From positions 4,547 through 68,546 of the forward strand of contig JAUXGN010000007.1 of assembly GCA_030622115.1 (NCBI GenBank): a stretch of 64,000 nt of DNA, in the 5' to 3' direction. Position 1 is the first letter of the stretch. The number at the start of each line of letters is the position of its first letter. Below the pieces are notes generated by a model that saw only the letters and a program-made list of their open reading frames with translations, was not told where the DNA came from and ran no database searches. Both the position numbers and the translations under genes were made by a program. Source of the stretch: Candidatus Eiseniibacteriota bacterium. Its GTDB lineage: Bacteria; Joyebacterota; Joyebacteria; Joyebacterales; Joyebacteraceae. This document shows, in pieces, positions 38,574 to 47,055 of this stretch.

Positions 38574-38636
38574 TTCACCCTCCCGCGAACGGATCAGATC
38601 TCATGAAGACGCTTGAGGCCGCTATCCTACGCGGCC

Positions 38637-38906
38637 CTACAGCATCGTTCCTTCCAGCATCTCGTGCGGCGCTGGTATGACATGATACGAAACAAGTTCA
38701 CCGACCTTGCCGGCAGCCGCAGCCCCGGCGGCGACAGCAGCCTTCACTGCGCCCACATCCCCTCGGACGATAGCGGTAACGTACCCGCCACCGATTCTCT
38801 CGTACTTCGTCAGTGTGACGTTGGCGGTCTTGACCATTGCGTCAGCGGCCTCTACGAGGCCAACCACTCCCTTGGTCTCAACCATTCCAAGCGCAAGTCC
38901 CGGCAA
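38637..38906 (-). CDS. BMC hexamer shell protein (BMC-H)
   Basis: ALGMVETKG...[12 protein letters not shown]...[16 protein letters not shown]; start TTG 38906 or GTG 38915. Confidence 0.93.
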   Translation of the reverse strand: MPGLALGMVETKGVVGLVEAADAMVKTANVTLTKYERIGGGYVTAIVRGDVGAVKAAVAAGAAAAGKVGELVSYHVIPAPHEMLEGTML

Positions 38907-38937
38907 TCGTTTCACCCCCTCGCTTAAGTCCATTCAC

Positions 38938-39603
38938 TCAGGAATGGAGAATCTCCACGGTCGTTGGCAATCCTACGCCGGCCGCATTTGCATTGTCGGT
39001 ATCAATGTGAAACTCGAGAAGCGCGCTCTTGGAGACACGGATCAGGATCTTCTCGAGCACCAAGGATGCTGATCCCGGGAACCGGACCCTGACAAGATCT
39101 CCATCCGTCACCCTGTGGATCTCAGCATCACGCTCAGTCATATGAATGTGACGCATCGCACGGATCGCCACATCACGCAGATGAACCGTTCCGGCCGGTC
39201 CCACAAGCGTGAGCGTCTCGCTTCCCACCAGATCTCCGGATCGACGTATAGGCGGTTCGATTCCCAATCTGACGGCATCGGTGGCGGAGACCTCGACCTG
39301 CGTGTATGTACGCAACGGTCCCAGTACACGGACACGCTCGATTGCACGCATTGACCGGCCCACGAGCGTTACGGTCTGCTCGGATGCAAACTCCCCCGGC
39401 TGTCCCAGATCGGTGCGCCGCGTGAGTTCAAACCCCTCACCGTACAGTCTGTCCAGTACGCCGCGCGAGATGTGGATGTGCCTTGCCGAGACCGAAACCG
39501 GGATCGTCGCCGTGGCCGTGACCTGATCTTGACCGGATCCGCCCAGCCTACGGATGACTTCCTGTGCGATTCTTTCGACTTGGTCCAATCTTCCTCCCTG
39601 CAC
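38938..39603 (-). CDS. pduL: PduL-type phosphotransacylase with N-terminal encapsulation peptide
   Basis: VSARHIH, LGQPGEFAS, RVLGP.R..TQVEVS.TDA, RHIHM, HIDTD; N-terminus LDQVERIAQEVIRRL. Confidence 0.92.
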   Translation of the reverse strand: MQGGRLDQVERIAQEVIRRLGGSGQDQVTATATIPVSVSARHIHISRGVLDRLYGEGFELTRRTDLGQPGEFASEQTVTLVGRSMRAIERVRVLGPLRTYTQVEVSATDAVRLGIEPPIRRSGDLVGSETLTLVGPAGTVHLRDVAIRAMRHIHMTERDAEIHRVTDGDLVRVRFPGSASLVLEKILIRVSKSALLEFHIDTDNANAAGVGLPTTVEILHS

Positions 39604-39674
39604 CGAGCCTGGTGAAAGGCGGAATGAACGAGGTTTACACCTAGTCGGCTCGGCAGCTGACCGAAGTCGAGGGC

Positions 39675-39703
39675 AGTCTAGCAGAGGGGGGATGACGTGT
39701 CAA
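39675..39703 (-). promoter_or_regulatory. sigma70-type promoter of the BMC operon
   Basis: TTGACA-17 bp-TAGACT with an extended -10 TG. Confidence 0.7.
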
Positions 39704-39719
39704 CGGAAACGGGGCAAAC

Positions 39720-39876
39720 GAGTTGCGGCCTCCTCCGCAAAGCGGAGGAGGCCGCGATTGAATATGCGTTCCCCGATGTAACGTGCAACAGGTGGCGTAC
39801 GACTCATTCTCGGGTTTGGGGATCAGCCCACGACCTGGCGATGCTCACGTATACCCCAGGGAACGCGATTACAGTA
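39720..39876 (-). ncRNA. Candidate structured small RNA, unidentified
   Basis: Long irregular rod 39766-39866 plus a terminal hairpin, downstream of a sigma54-like promoter; strand not certain. Confidence 0.4.
39725..39755. terminator. Perfect 14-bp hairpin, possible terminator (weak U tract)
   Basis: GCGGCCTCCTCCGC-aaa-GCGGAGGAGGCCGC. Confidence 0.6.
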
Positions 39877-39886
39877 TTCAGGTAGA

Positions 39887-39902
39887 AGCATGGAGCGTGC
39901 CA
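39887..39902 (-). promoter_or_regulatory. sigma54 (-24/-12) promoter candidate
   Basis: TGGCACGCTCCATGCT versus consensus TGGCACG-N4-TTGC, with exact GG-N10-GC spacing. Confidence 0.55.
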
Positions 39903-40091
39903 CAGTCATTCCGAACAGCCAGACCATCTGGCGTATCGGCTGCAATGCCTGCGCATTGGGAGTTCTCGCGCGAGGTTTCATGGGAACGCAGGAGTCAGAG
40001 GTCTTGTTACACAGTAGTGTCGCCCGCTCGTAACGGGCCGCGGCGCCGCAATAGCGGATGTTGCGGGGAGTGATCCCTCGCGATGGTGATC

Positions 40092-41024
40092 CTAGAGGGT
40101 GAGGGCTCGCCTGTAGCGGCAAGCGATCAGGTAGGTCAGTGCCGGAACCGAGAGCCGACCAAGATGCACGGCGTTCGCGGCGGCCCGCACGAGCAGGTAG
40201 CCGAGTCGATTGGTGGCAAGGAAGATCAGGAGCTTCTTCGAACGAAGTGACAACGAGTCGCTTTCAGCCGGAGGCATGAGAAGATCGATGGAGAGTTCTG
40301 ACGCGCGTTCCGGGTGGATCCTGAGGAGCGCTCGGAGCGCCGCCACTGCCTCCTCCCGCTTCCCGAGGATATCGTCAAGGCTCTGGCCATGCAGATGATA
40401 TGCCACGGCCTCACCGCAGTACCAGGTGGCCAATCCGAGACTGTCCTCGAGACGGAAGGCGATCTCTGTATCCTCGAATCCGTAGTTGGTGAATGATTCA
40501 TTGAAGAGGCCCACGTCGAGCAGCGCCTTTCGTGGGACCGACGAATTGTTGGTCACGAAGTAGCGTGCAGGCGCCCTTGAGCCGGGCCGGAGCTTATGGA
40601 CACCCATGCGGTCGAGGTAGGCATAGACTGTAGACAACCCTAGCTCCGGGGCCTGCAGTGCGCTTCCGATCACCATCGACTCACCGTGGGATTCCTGAAA
40701 TGCTACATGCTGTGCGATGAGGTCGGGTTTCGAACGCATATCGTCATCGACGAATAAGACGAGATCGCCACTCGCCTTCCGGATGGCGGTGTTGCGAGCA
40801 GCCGCGCGGCCCTTGTTTGTCGCGTGACGAACGCTCACGAGTTTGAACGGTGTGTCGAGACCTTCGATGAAGGCGGGCGTCTCATCATGGGAGCAGTCGT
40901 CCACGACCACCACCTCGATGAGAGCGGAGGGATAGGACTGCTCGGAGAGAGCCCGTAGGGTCTCCCTGAGGAAAGACAGCCGGTTGTAGGTCGGTATGAT
41001 CACACTCACGGATCTGTCCGGCAT
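40092..41024 (-). CDS. Glycosyltransferase family 2
   Basis: SVIIPTYNR, VVDDCS, ARN, FVDDD, YGFEDTE; start MPDRS at 41024. Confidence 0.9.
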   Translation of the reverse strand: MPDRSVSVIIPTYNRLSFLRETLRALSEQSYPSALIEVVVVDDCSHDETPAFIEGLDTPFKLVSVRHATNKGRAAARNTAIRKASGDLVLFVDDDMRSKPDLIAQHVAFQESHGESMVIGSALQAPELGLSTVYAYLDRMGVHKLRPGSRAPARYFVTNNSSVPRKALLDVGLFNESFTNYGFEDTEIAFRLEDSLGLATWYCGEAVAYHLHGQSLDDILGKREEAVAALRALLRIHPERASELSIDLLMPPAESDSLSLRSKKLLIFLATNRLGYLLVRAAANAVHLGRLSVPALTYLIACRYRRALTL

Positions 41025-41025
41025 C

Positions 41026-42120
41026 TCATCCCTCTTTTCCGGAGACCAGTTCCAGATAGAGCTTCTCCATGCCGGCCATGTGCGCCTGGTGATCCGCTTT
41101 CTCGCGCACCATCTCCACGCCGATTCGCGCAAAGCTCAGGCGCATCTCGGGTGCATCGATCAAACGCAGTACGGCATCCTCGAGTTCCACGCGATTGGCG
41201 GCCTCAACGACAAGACCGTTCTCCTCGTGGGTCACCCACTCGAGACCGGAGGCCAGGTCCGAGATGACAACCGCCGTCCCGCACGCCATCGCCTCGAGAA
41301 GCGAAACCGGCGTGGCATCCACTGATGGGACGCTCAGAAAGACATCGGAGGTTGCGAGGTAGGCCGGAAGCTCCTCGTGAGGAATCCTTCCAACGAAATG
41401 TGCGTTGGGGCCGATTCCGAGTTCGTCGGCCAGCTGTCTGAGTTCTGTGTCATCGCCTTCGTTTCCGGCAATGATGAAGTGCGTCGCCGGGCGTTCACGG
41501 AGGACGGCAGGAATGGAACGGACGATCGTATCTATGTTGTAGTAGGCTTGTGTGAAACTCCTGATGCTGATCACAAGAGGGGAGGCAGACGGGATCCCGA
41601 GCTTCTCGCGCACCGCGGTTGGAGCTTCCGGCTGGAAACGATCGAGATCGACTCCCCACTGCACCACCCTGCACTTGTCGGCGTCGCCGCCCATGGCGAC
41701 CACATGCTCCAGGATATCCTCGGAGTCACCGGTGATAAGATCGGCGCACCTGAGTGCTGTGCGCGCGAGTCTTCCCTTGAGGAACGACTCGTGTGGAGTC
41801 GTGTAGACGTCGTCTCCCCAAACCGTCATGATGAACGGATGAAAACGCGAATAGGCGCCCCAGTAGCCGTATCCGGTCAGGAAATGCGTGTGCAACAGAT
41901 CCGGTCTGATCTGTCGCAGGATGCGTCTGACCTTGCCGAGCGCGACCGCATAGTGAAGAGGTTTTACCGAGATGCCGGTACGTATGTCGTGGATCGTCAC
42001 GCCCTCGATCGGGGCGGGTTGCACGGTCAGGAGGTGTACGTCGTGCCCCTTCCGCGCGAAGTAGCGCAGCCATCGTTCAGTGTGGATGTGTCCCCCTATG
42101 GAGAGATAGGCGATTCTCAT
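41026..42120 (-). CDS. Glycosyltransferase family 4
   Basis: GVDLDRF, LLEAMACG..V; start MRIAYL at 42120. Confidence 0.9.
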   Translation of the reverse strand: MRIAYLSIGGHIHTERWLRYFARKGHDVHLLTVQPAPIEGVTIHDIRTGISVKPLHYAVALGKVRRILRQIRPDLLHTHFLTGYGYWGAYSRFHPFIMTVWGDDVYTTPHESFLKGRLARTALRCADLITGDSEDILEHVVAMGGDADKCRVVQWGVDLDRFQPEAPTAVREKLGIPSASPLVISIRSFTQAYYNIDTIVRSIPAVLRERPATHFIIAGNEGDDTELRQLADELGIGPNAHFVGRIPHEELPAYLATSDVFLSVPSVDATPVSLLEAMACGTAVVISDLASGLEWVTHEENGLVVEAANRVELEDAVLRLIDAPEMRLSFARIGVEMVREKADHQAHMAGMEKLYLELVSGKEG

Positions 42121-43364
42121 TCGTCTCCTCGATTCGAGTGGCGTCTGAGACAACCGGCAGCCACCCATATGAAGAGCCAGACGAGTGGGATCACTTTGAA
42201 CGCGTGGTTGGCAATGTGTTCGAGTGCGCTCCACTGGAGCTCTGGATTCCGTCCGGGCACGTCATAGAGAATGAAGAGCGTGGGGGCTGCCGCGACCGCG
42301 TAGATGTACCACAGCACGCGTGCCCTTGTCCTGGCATAGAGGAGAACGAAGAGCGGCAGGAGAAGCACGTAGTGGTATTCCCACACCTCCCTGAACACGA
42401 AGAAGTAGACCATCGTCCAGAGCGCAACCGACTCGAGGAGATCGAACGGCCGCCTTCTGAATGTGACGTTCAGGCTTGTCAGAGTCGGGACCATCATCAC
42501 GAGCAGTACGAGCGCCCGGGTGATAGTCATCCTGACAGGTCCGAGATTGAAACCTATGCTTGAGGCGATTGGGAAGAGCCGCATCTTGAGCACCATGAGC
42601 AGCGCAAGAGCACCGAAATTCCCAGGGTATGGATAGAGTGTGAGATCGAAGTTGTCATGTGCGAAATCTCCGACGCCGCTTGTCCGCATGGCCAGGTAGG
42701 GTATGGCGCTCAGGCCGAGTATGACGAACGCCAGGATCACGGTTCGGTATCGTTTCATGCGCAGCATGAGCGGTACATACAGAACGGTCAGATGCTTGGT
42801 AACGACGGTGGCAATCCATATCCAGTCGAACCGCTTCATCTTCCCTTCCGAGTAGGACACGACCATGACGAAGATTCCCGCAGCCATCAGCAGATTCAGC
42901 TGTCCCATGTACTGTTCAATGTAGAAGGGTGTGTACAGGAGCCACATGGAGGCGAGCAATGCAAAAAGGGAGCTGTCGCGCACGATCCGTCGAGTCAGGA
43001 TGATGCATCCGATGAACGCGAGTTCTACGATGGCGATCCATATCCAGTAGGCGGCCCATGGACTGACGGCATTGGCCGCCACCCCGAGCGTGTACGCGAC
43101 GAACGGGAGGTAGCGATAGAAATAAGCGTACGGGACTGAGCGCCTGGCGTCGTCCATCGGTCTCTGGTAGATGTCCCTGCCCTCAAGGACATAGCTCCCC
43201 GCTTGGTAGAACGCGAAGAAATCGCTCCCCTGTCCTTCGCCGATGTTGTGCATTCCCTCCGGAAACAGGGGGTTCAGGAAGTGTCCCGGGTGCACGAGCG
43301 AGACGGCGAACGCCAAGTGCACGACTATCGCGACAAGCAGGAGGATCCTGGGGCCGGTTCTCAA
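42117..43364 (-). CDS. Polytopic membrane glycosyltransferase, GT87/DUF2029-like (GT-C)
   Basis: DFFAFY.AG....G.DIY, YRYLP, GQLN, VWEYHY; many TM segments. Confidence 0.7.
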   Translation of the reverse strand: MRTGPRILLLVAIVVHLAFAVSLVHPGHFLNPLFPEGMHNIGEGQGSDFFAFYQAGSYVLEGRDIYQRPMDDARRSVPYAYFYRYLPFVAYTLGVAANAVSPWAAYWIWIAIVELAFIGCIILTRRIVRDSSLFALLASMWLLYTPFYIEQYMGQLNLLMAAGIFVMVVSYSEGKMKRFDWIWIATVVTKHLTVLYVPLMLRMKRYRTVILAFVILGLSAIPYLAMRTSGVGDFAHDNFDLTLYPYPGNFGALALLMVLKMRLFPIASSIGFNLGPVRMTITRALVLLVMMVPTLTSLNVTFRRRPFDLLESVALWTMVYFFVFREVWEYHYVLLLPLFVLLYARTRARVLWYIYAVAAAPTLFILYDVPGRNPELQWSALEHIANHAFKVIPLVWLFIWVAAGCLRRHSNRGDE

Positions 43365-43374
43365 TGGTTCTCCT

Positions 43375-44340
43375 CTACGCTCCGCGCGCGACGACTGCCT
43401 TCAGTGTGCGATACCACTTCTTCTCGACGAAATAGGTTCTGTAGCTGACTCTGCTTGTGCCGAACGCCGACTTGAACGACTCGACGCCCTTGATACCGGC
43501 GCTCGACCCAAGATTGTATGTTCGACGTTCTCCCGCTACCGCGAGCTCGATAGCGTGCGTATGCAGCAGCGTATTCGCCGCCAGACTTCTGGCGGAGTTC
43601 TTCGATACGTTTCCCCAATTGAAAACCGTGTCCTTCCAGAGGAAGTTGAGATCTCCGGCGATCACGAGGTCATTCTGCACTGCAAGAAGCATCTGCACCG
43701 CCTCTCCTCCCGTCTCGAAGAGCGCGGCGAAAAAGTCCCTCGTGAACACGTTGGGTGTCCCCCACCCGAGGCTGCACTCCTCAAGCATCTCGTGGTACGC
43801 AAGGAAGTCATCAAGCGAAACTGCGGGACGCACCGTCACTCCGGCGCTCTTCGCTTTCCGTACCTTGTTGCGGAGCGACGGCTTGAAACCGCTCCACAAC
43901 TCTTCGAAGCTCTGACCGAGTTCGAGGACCTGCGCCTCATCGCGTTGGCTCTGGAACCCCGCACTGTCCCCAGCGAGTCTTCCGGCGAAGTCGACCGCAC
44001 TCGCTCTCGATACCCGGAGAGCGCGAGCGGCGCGTCCGAACGCATCGAGCAACGCTGCGGCCGCGTCGGGCGGAGCCGCCGATGAAAGGACAACGCCGCC
44101 GTAGGTGCCGAAAGGCATCGATTCAAGAGCGATGAAGCCTCGTCGCTCGTGTTTCACGAACGGCAGGGCTGCGACCAGCTCCCCGTCGACGCGGGCAGCC
44201 AGAGCGGCAGCGGACCACCCCGCCAGGAGTGCAACCAGTGAACTCCATGTGGGGGTTTGGAAGAAGGACGCCGCGTCGTCCCTCGCGACAAGGGCATGCC
44301 ATTCATTCTCGGCAAGCAGGTTCGAGAGATCCATCCGCAC
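43375..44340 (-). CDS. GNAT/FemAB-like acyl- or aminoacyltransferase
   Basis: FFQTP.W, PFGTYGG, RNKVRKA..AGV, YNLG.S...GV..FK..FG. Confidence 0.8.
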   Translation of the reverse strand: MRMDLSNLLAENEWHALVARDDAASFFQTPTWSSLVALLAGWSAAALAARVDGELVAALPFVKHERRGFIALESMPFGTYGGVVLSSAAPPDAAAALLDAFGRAARALRVSRASAVDFAGRLAGDSAGFQSQRDEAQVLELGQSFEELWSGFKPSLRNKVRKAKSAGVTVRPAVSLDDFLAYHEMLEECSLGWGTPNVFTRDFFAALFETGGEAVQMLLAVQNDLVIAGDLNFLWKDTVFNWGNVSKNSARSLAANTLLHTHAIELAVAGERRTYNLGSSAGIKGVESFKSAFGTSRVSYRTYFVEKKWYRTLKAVVARGA

Positions 44341-44345
44341 GCCGG

Positions 44346-45545
44346 CTACCTCCGGTAGTAGTCCACCAGCTTGGCGACTGCCGAGATGACGTCTCTTGCA
44401 TCGTCGTCAGCCATCGATGGGTAGATTGGAAGCGAGATGGCGCGTTCGAAGTACTGTTCCGTCTCAGGGAAACTCCCCTCGTGGTAGCCGAGCCGATCCC
44501 TGAAACACGGATGGTAATGCAACGGGATGAAGTGCACGCTTGAGCCTATGCCTTCCTCGATCAGGTCCCTGATGAAGCGGTCGCGGTCGATCGTGAGGGA
44601 CTCGATCCTGATCCGTATCGGGTAGAGGTGCCAGGCGTGGTGACCCAGAGAGTAGTCGGGCGGGGACTCGACCTCCGGTATCTCGGCGAACGCGGCGCTG
44701 TAGATCCGGGCAAGCTCGGTCCGGCGATATCTGAACTCATCTACCTTGTCCATCTGCTTCAGGCCGATGGCCGCGAGGACATCGTTCATGTTGTACTTGT
44801 AACCTGCTTCAAGGATCTCGTAGTACCACGGTCCCCGATCGCTGTATCTCTTCCATGCGTCGCTGCTCATCCCGTGGAGGCTCAGTCGTGCCACCTTCGC
44901 GATCAGATCGGGATCTGGAGATGCAATAGCACCGCCCTCGCCGGTCGTTATGCCCTTTGTCACGTAGAAGCTGAACGATGTGGCATCGGCTATCGAGCCT
45001 ATCTTCCTGCCTCCGATGTCTGCTCCAATGGCGTGGGCGCCGTCTCCGAGAACTCGGAGGCCCTTCTCTCGAGCGAGCGCCATGATGTCGTCCATGTCGC
45101 AGGGGCGCCCGGCAAAATGCACAGGCATGAGAACCTTTGTGCGGTCCGTTATCGCGCGTTCGAATATCTCAGGCGTGATGTTGAGAGTCTCGCGGTCAAC
45201 GTCCACGAGGACGGGCCGCGCGCCAAGATGGAGCACCGTGTTCACGCCGGATGCGAAATCGAGCGCGGGGAGAACAACTTCATCCTCAGGTCCCACACCA
45301 AATGCGTCGAGCGCCAGGTGGAGGCCCGCCGTGCACGAACTCAGGGCTACGGCATTCGGTACGCCCACATAGTCCGCCACCTTGCGCCCGAACTCCTTGG
45401 TCCGCGGTCCGACCGTGAGCCAACCCGACTTGAGGGTTTCGACGACCAGGTCTATCTCTGGCTGTCCGATCGATGGTCTGGCAAACGGGAGATAGTCACC
45501 GCGCACCGGTGTTCCACCCTCAGCTGCCGGTATCTGCTTTGTCAT
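44346..45545 (-). CDS. DegT/DnrJ/EryC1 sugar aminotransferase
   Basis: SCTAGLHL, PVHFAG, DGAHA, SFYVTKGITTGEGG, GYKYNM. Confidence 0.93.
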   Translation of the reverse strand: MTKQIPAAEGGTPVRGDYLPFARPSIGQPEIDLVVETLKSGWLTVGPRTKEFGRKVADYVGVPNAVALSSCTAGLHLALDAFGVGPEDEVVLPALDFASGVNTVLHLGARPVLVDVDRETLNITPEIFERAITDRTKVLMPVHFAGRPCDMDDIMALAREKGLRVLGDGAHAIGADIGGRKIGSIADATSFSFYVTKGITTGEGGAIASPDPDLIAKVARLSLHGMSSDAWKRYSDRGPWYYEILEAGYKYNMNDVLAAIGLKQMDKVDEFRYRRTELARIYSAAFAEIPEVESPPDYSLGHHAWHLYPIRIRIESLTIDRDRFIRDLIEEGIGSSVHFIPLHYHPCFRDRLGYHEGSFPETEQYFERAISLPIYPSMADDDARDVISAVAKLVDYYRR

Positions 45546-46980
45546 GCATCGTCCTGGGTTTCATGTCGGGAAAGATGTCTGCGAGCTCCTCCAGTACCTG
45601 ATTGCGGTTGCATGCGTGAGCCAGCTTTTCCAGGTGTGCAACTCGCTCCTTGAGGTTGGTGACCAGGCTGGCGGCCGGCGACTGAACCACCATAACCTTG
45701 TCATGGGAGGTCCGCGAGAGTGTTTCGTCGGAATACCACAGTTCTTCGTGCAGCTTCTCTCCCGGTCTCAAGCCACAGAACTCAATGGCGATGTCCTTGC
45801 CGGGCTCGAGTCCCGAGAGCCGGATCAGATGAGCGGCGAGATCGGCGATGCGAATAGGTTCGCCCATGTCGAGGACGAATATCTCTCCCCCATGCCCTGA
45901 GAGCCCGGCCTCGAGGACCAGCATCGCTGCTTCCCTGATGGTCATGAAGTACCTGGTGACGTCCGGGTGCGTGATGGTCACAGGTCCGCCGAGGCGGATC
46001 TGCTGGCGAAAGAGCGGCACGACGCTTCCGCGGCTGGCAAGGACGTTGCCGAATCGGACGGCCATAAGCTTCGTGTCGCATCCGCGTGCTGCACGCTCAA
46101 TGAGGATGGACTCCGCCAGGCGTTTCGAAGCCCCCATGGCGCCCCTCGGTTTCACTGCCTTGTCGGTCGAGAGCATCACGAGACGTTCGGATCCGTAACG
46201 CACTGCCGCGTCCAGCAGGATCTTGGTGCCGGTTACGTTGTTCTTTATGGCCTCGTCTGGATACGCTTGCATGAGATGCACATGCTTGTGAGCGGCCGCG
46301 TGGAAGACGATCTCTGGACGATGATCACGGAAGATGCTCTCCACCCCGCGCGCATCACTGATGCTTGTGATGATCGCATGCCTTTCCACGTCGGGGTAGT
46401 ACTGCCCTATCTCCTGGTCGATCGCGTAGACGCTGTTTTCGCCTCGTCCCATCAGAAGGATTTTCCCTGGGTCAAAGGCAGCCACCTGCCTTGCCAGTTC
46501 CGATCCGATCGATCCGCCGGCGCCCGTGATCAGAACGCGCTTGCCGCGAAGATCCCCAATCATCGCTTCTAGATTGAGGGAGACGGTCTCACGCCCCAGA
46601 AGATCCTCGGGTCTGACCTCCCGCAGCTGGCTAATTGTCACATCCCCCAGGATGATCTCCCATACGCCTGGAACTATCTTGAAGGAAGCCCCGGCCTCTT
46701 CGCAGAACCCGACTACCTCTCGGATCGTGTGGCCGGATGCGGAGGGCATGGCGATCACGATATCGCGGACATCGTGCGCCTTGACAATATCGACCAGATC
46801 GCTGATCGATCCGAGAATCGGCGTATCGGAGATCGTGCGGCCCAGCTTGCCGGGATCATCGTCCAAGAACCCAACTACTCGGTAGCCGTGCTCGGGTCGC
46901 GAATGCATCTCTTCGGCCACCATGCGGCCGGCCGCACCAGCTCCAACGATCAGAGTTCTCGATTCGTGTTCACGCCCCAT
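45520..46980 (-). CDS. NDP-sugar 4,6-dehydratase, PglF/CapD-like, without the N-terminal TM region
   Basis: IVGAGAAG, TGAGGSIGSEL, HAAAHKHV, STDKAV, RFGNVL.SRGSV, RPGEKLHEEL. Confidence 0.92.
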   Translation of the reverse strand: MGREHESRTLIVGAGAAGRMVAEEMHSRPEHGYRVVGFLDDDPGKLGRTISDTPILGSISDLVDIVKAHDVRDIVIAMPSASGHTIREVVGFCEEAGASFKIVPGVWEIILGDVTISQLREVRPEDLLGRETVSLNLEAMIGDLRGKRVLITGAGGSIGSELARQVAAFDPGKILLMGRGENSVYAIDQEIGQYYPDVERHAIITSISDARGVESIFRDHRPEIVFHAAAHKHVHLMQAYPDEAIKNNVTGTKILLDAAVRYGSERLVMLSTDKAVKPRGAMGASKRLAESILIERAARGCDTKLMAVRFGNVLASRGSVVPLFRQQIRLGGPVTITHPDVTRYFMTIREAAMLVLEAGLSGHGGEIFVLDMGEPIRIADLAAHLIRLSGLEPGKDIAIEFCGLRPGEKLHEELWYSDETLSRTSHDKVMVVQSPAASLVTNLKERVAHLEKLAHACNRNQVLEELADIFPDMKPRTMHDKADTGS

Positions 46981-47055
46981 GATCTCTCTGTCACCTTTCG
47001 TGGCAGTGCCTTCCGAATCTCCCGGTAGTCGACCGGAATCTCGGACGCGCGGTGT

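Noticed and set aside
33099-39603. Calling the BMC a PDU, EUT, GRM, SPU or carboxysome locus
   Set aside because: No PduCDE, EutBC, glycyl-radical enzyme, DeoC/RpiB or RuBisCO in the locus; pdu names are used only for family membership.
39766-39866. SRP (4.5S) RNA or 6S RNA
   Set aside because: It lacks the SRP CAGG-GNRA-AGCA core. The stem ends faintly resemble 6S, but the rod is only ~100 nt with no clear central bubble. Left unidentified.
39697-40122. Short ORFs in the BMC/glycan intergenic region
   Set aside because: No good RBS or recognisable motif, and they overlap promoters and hairpins.
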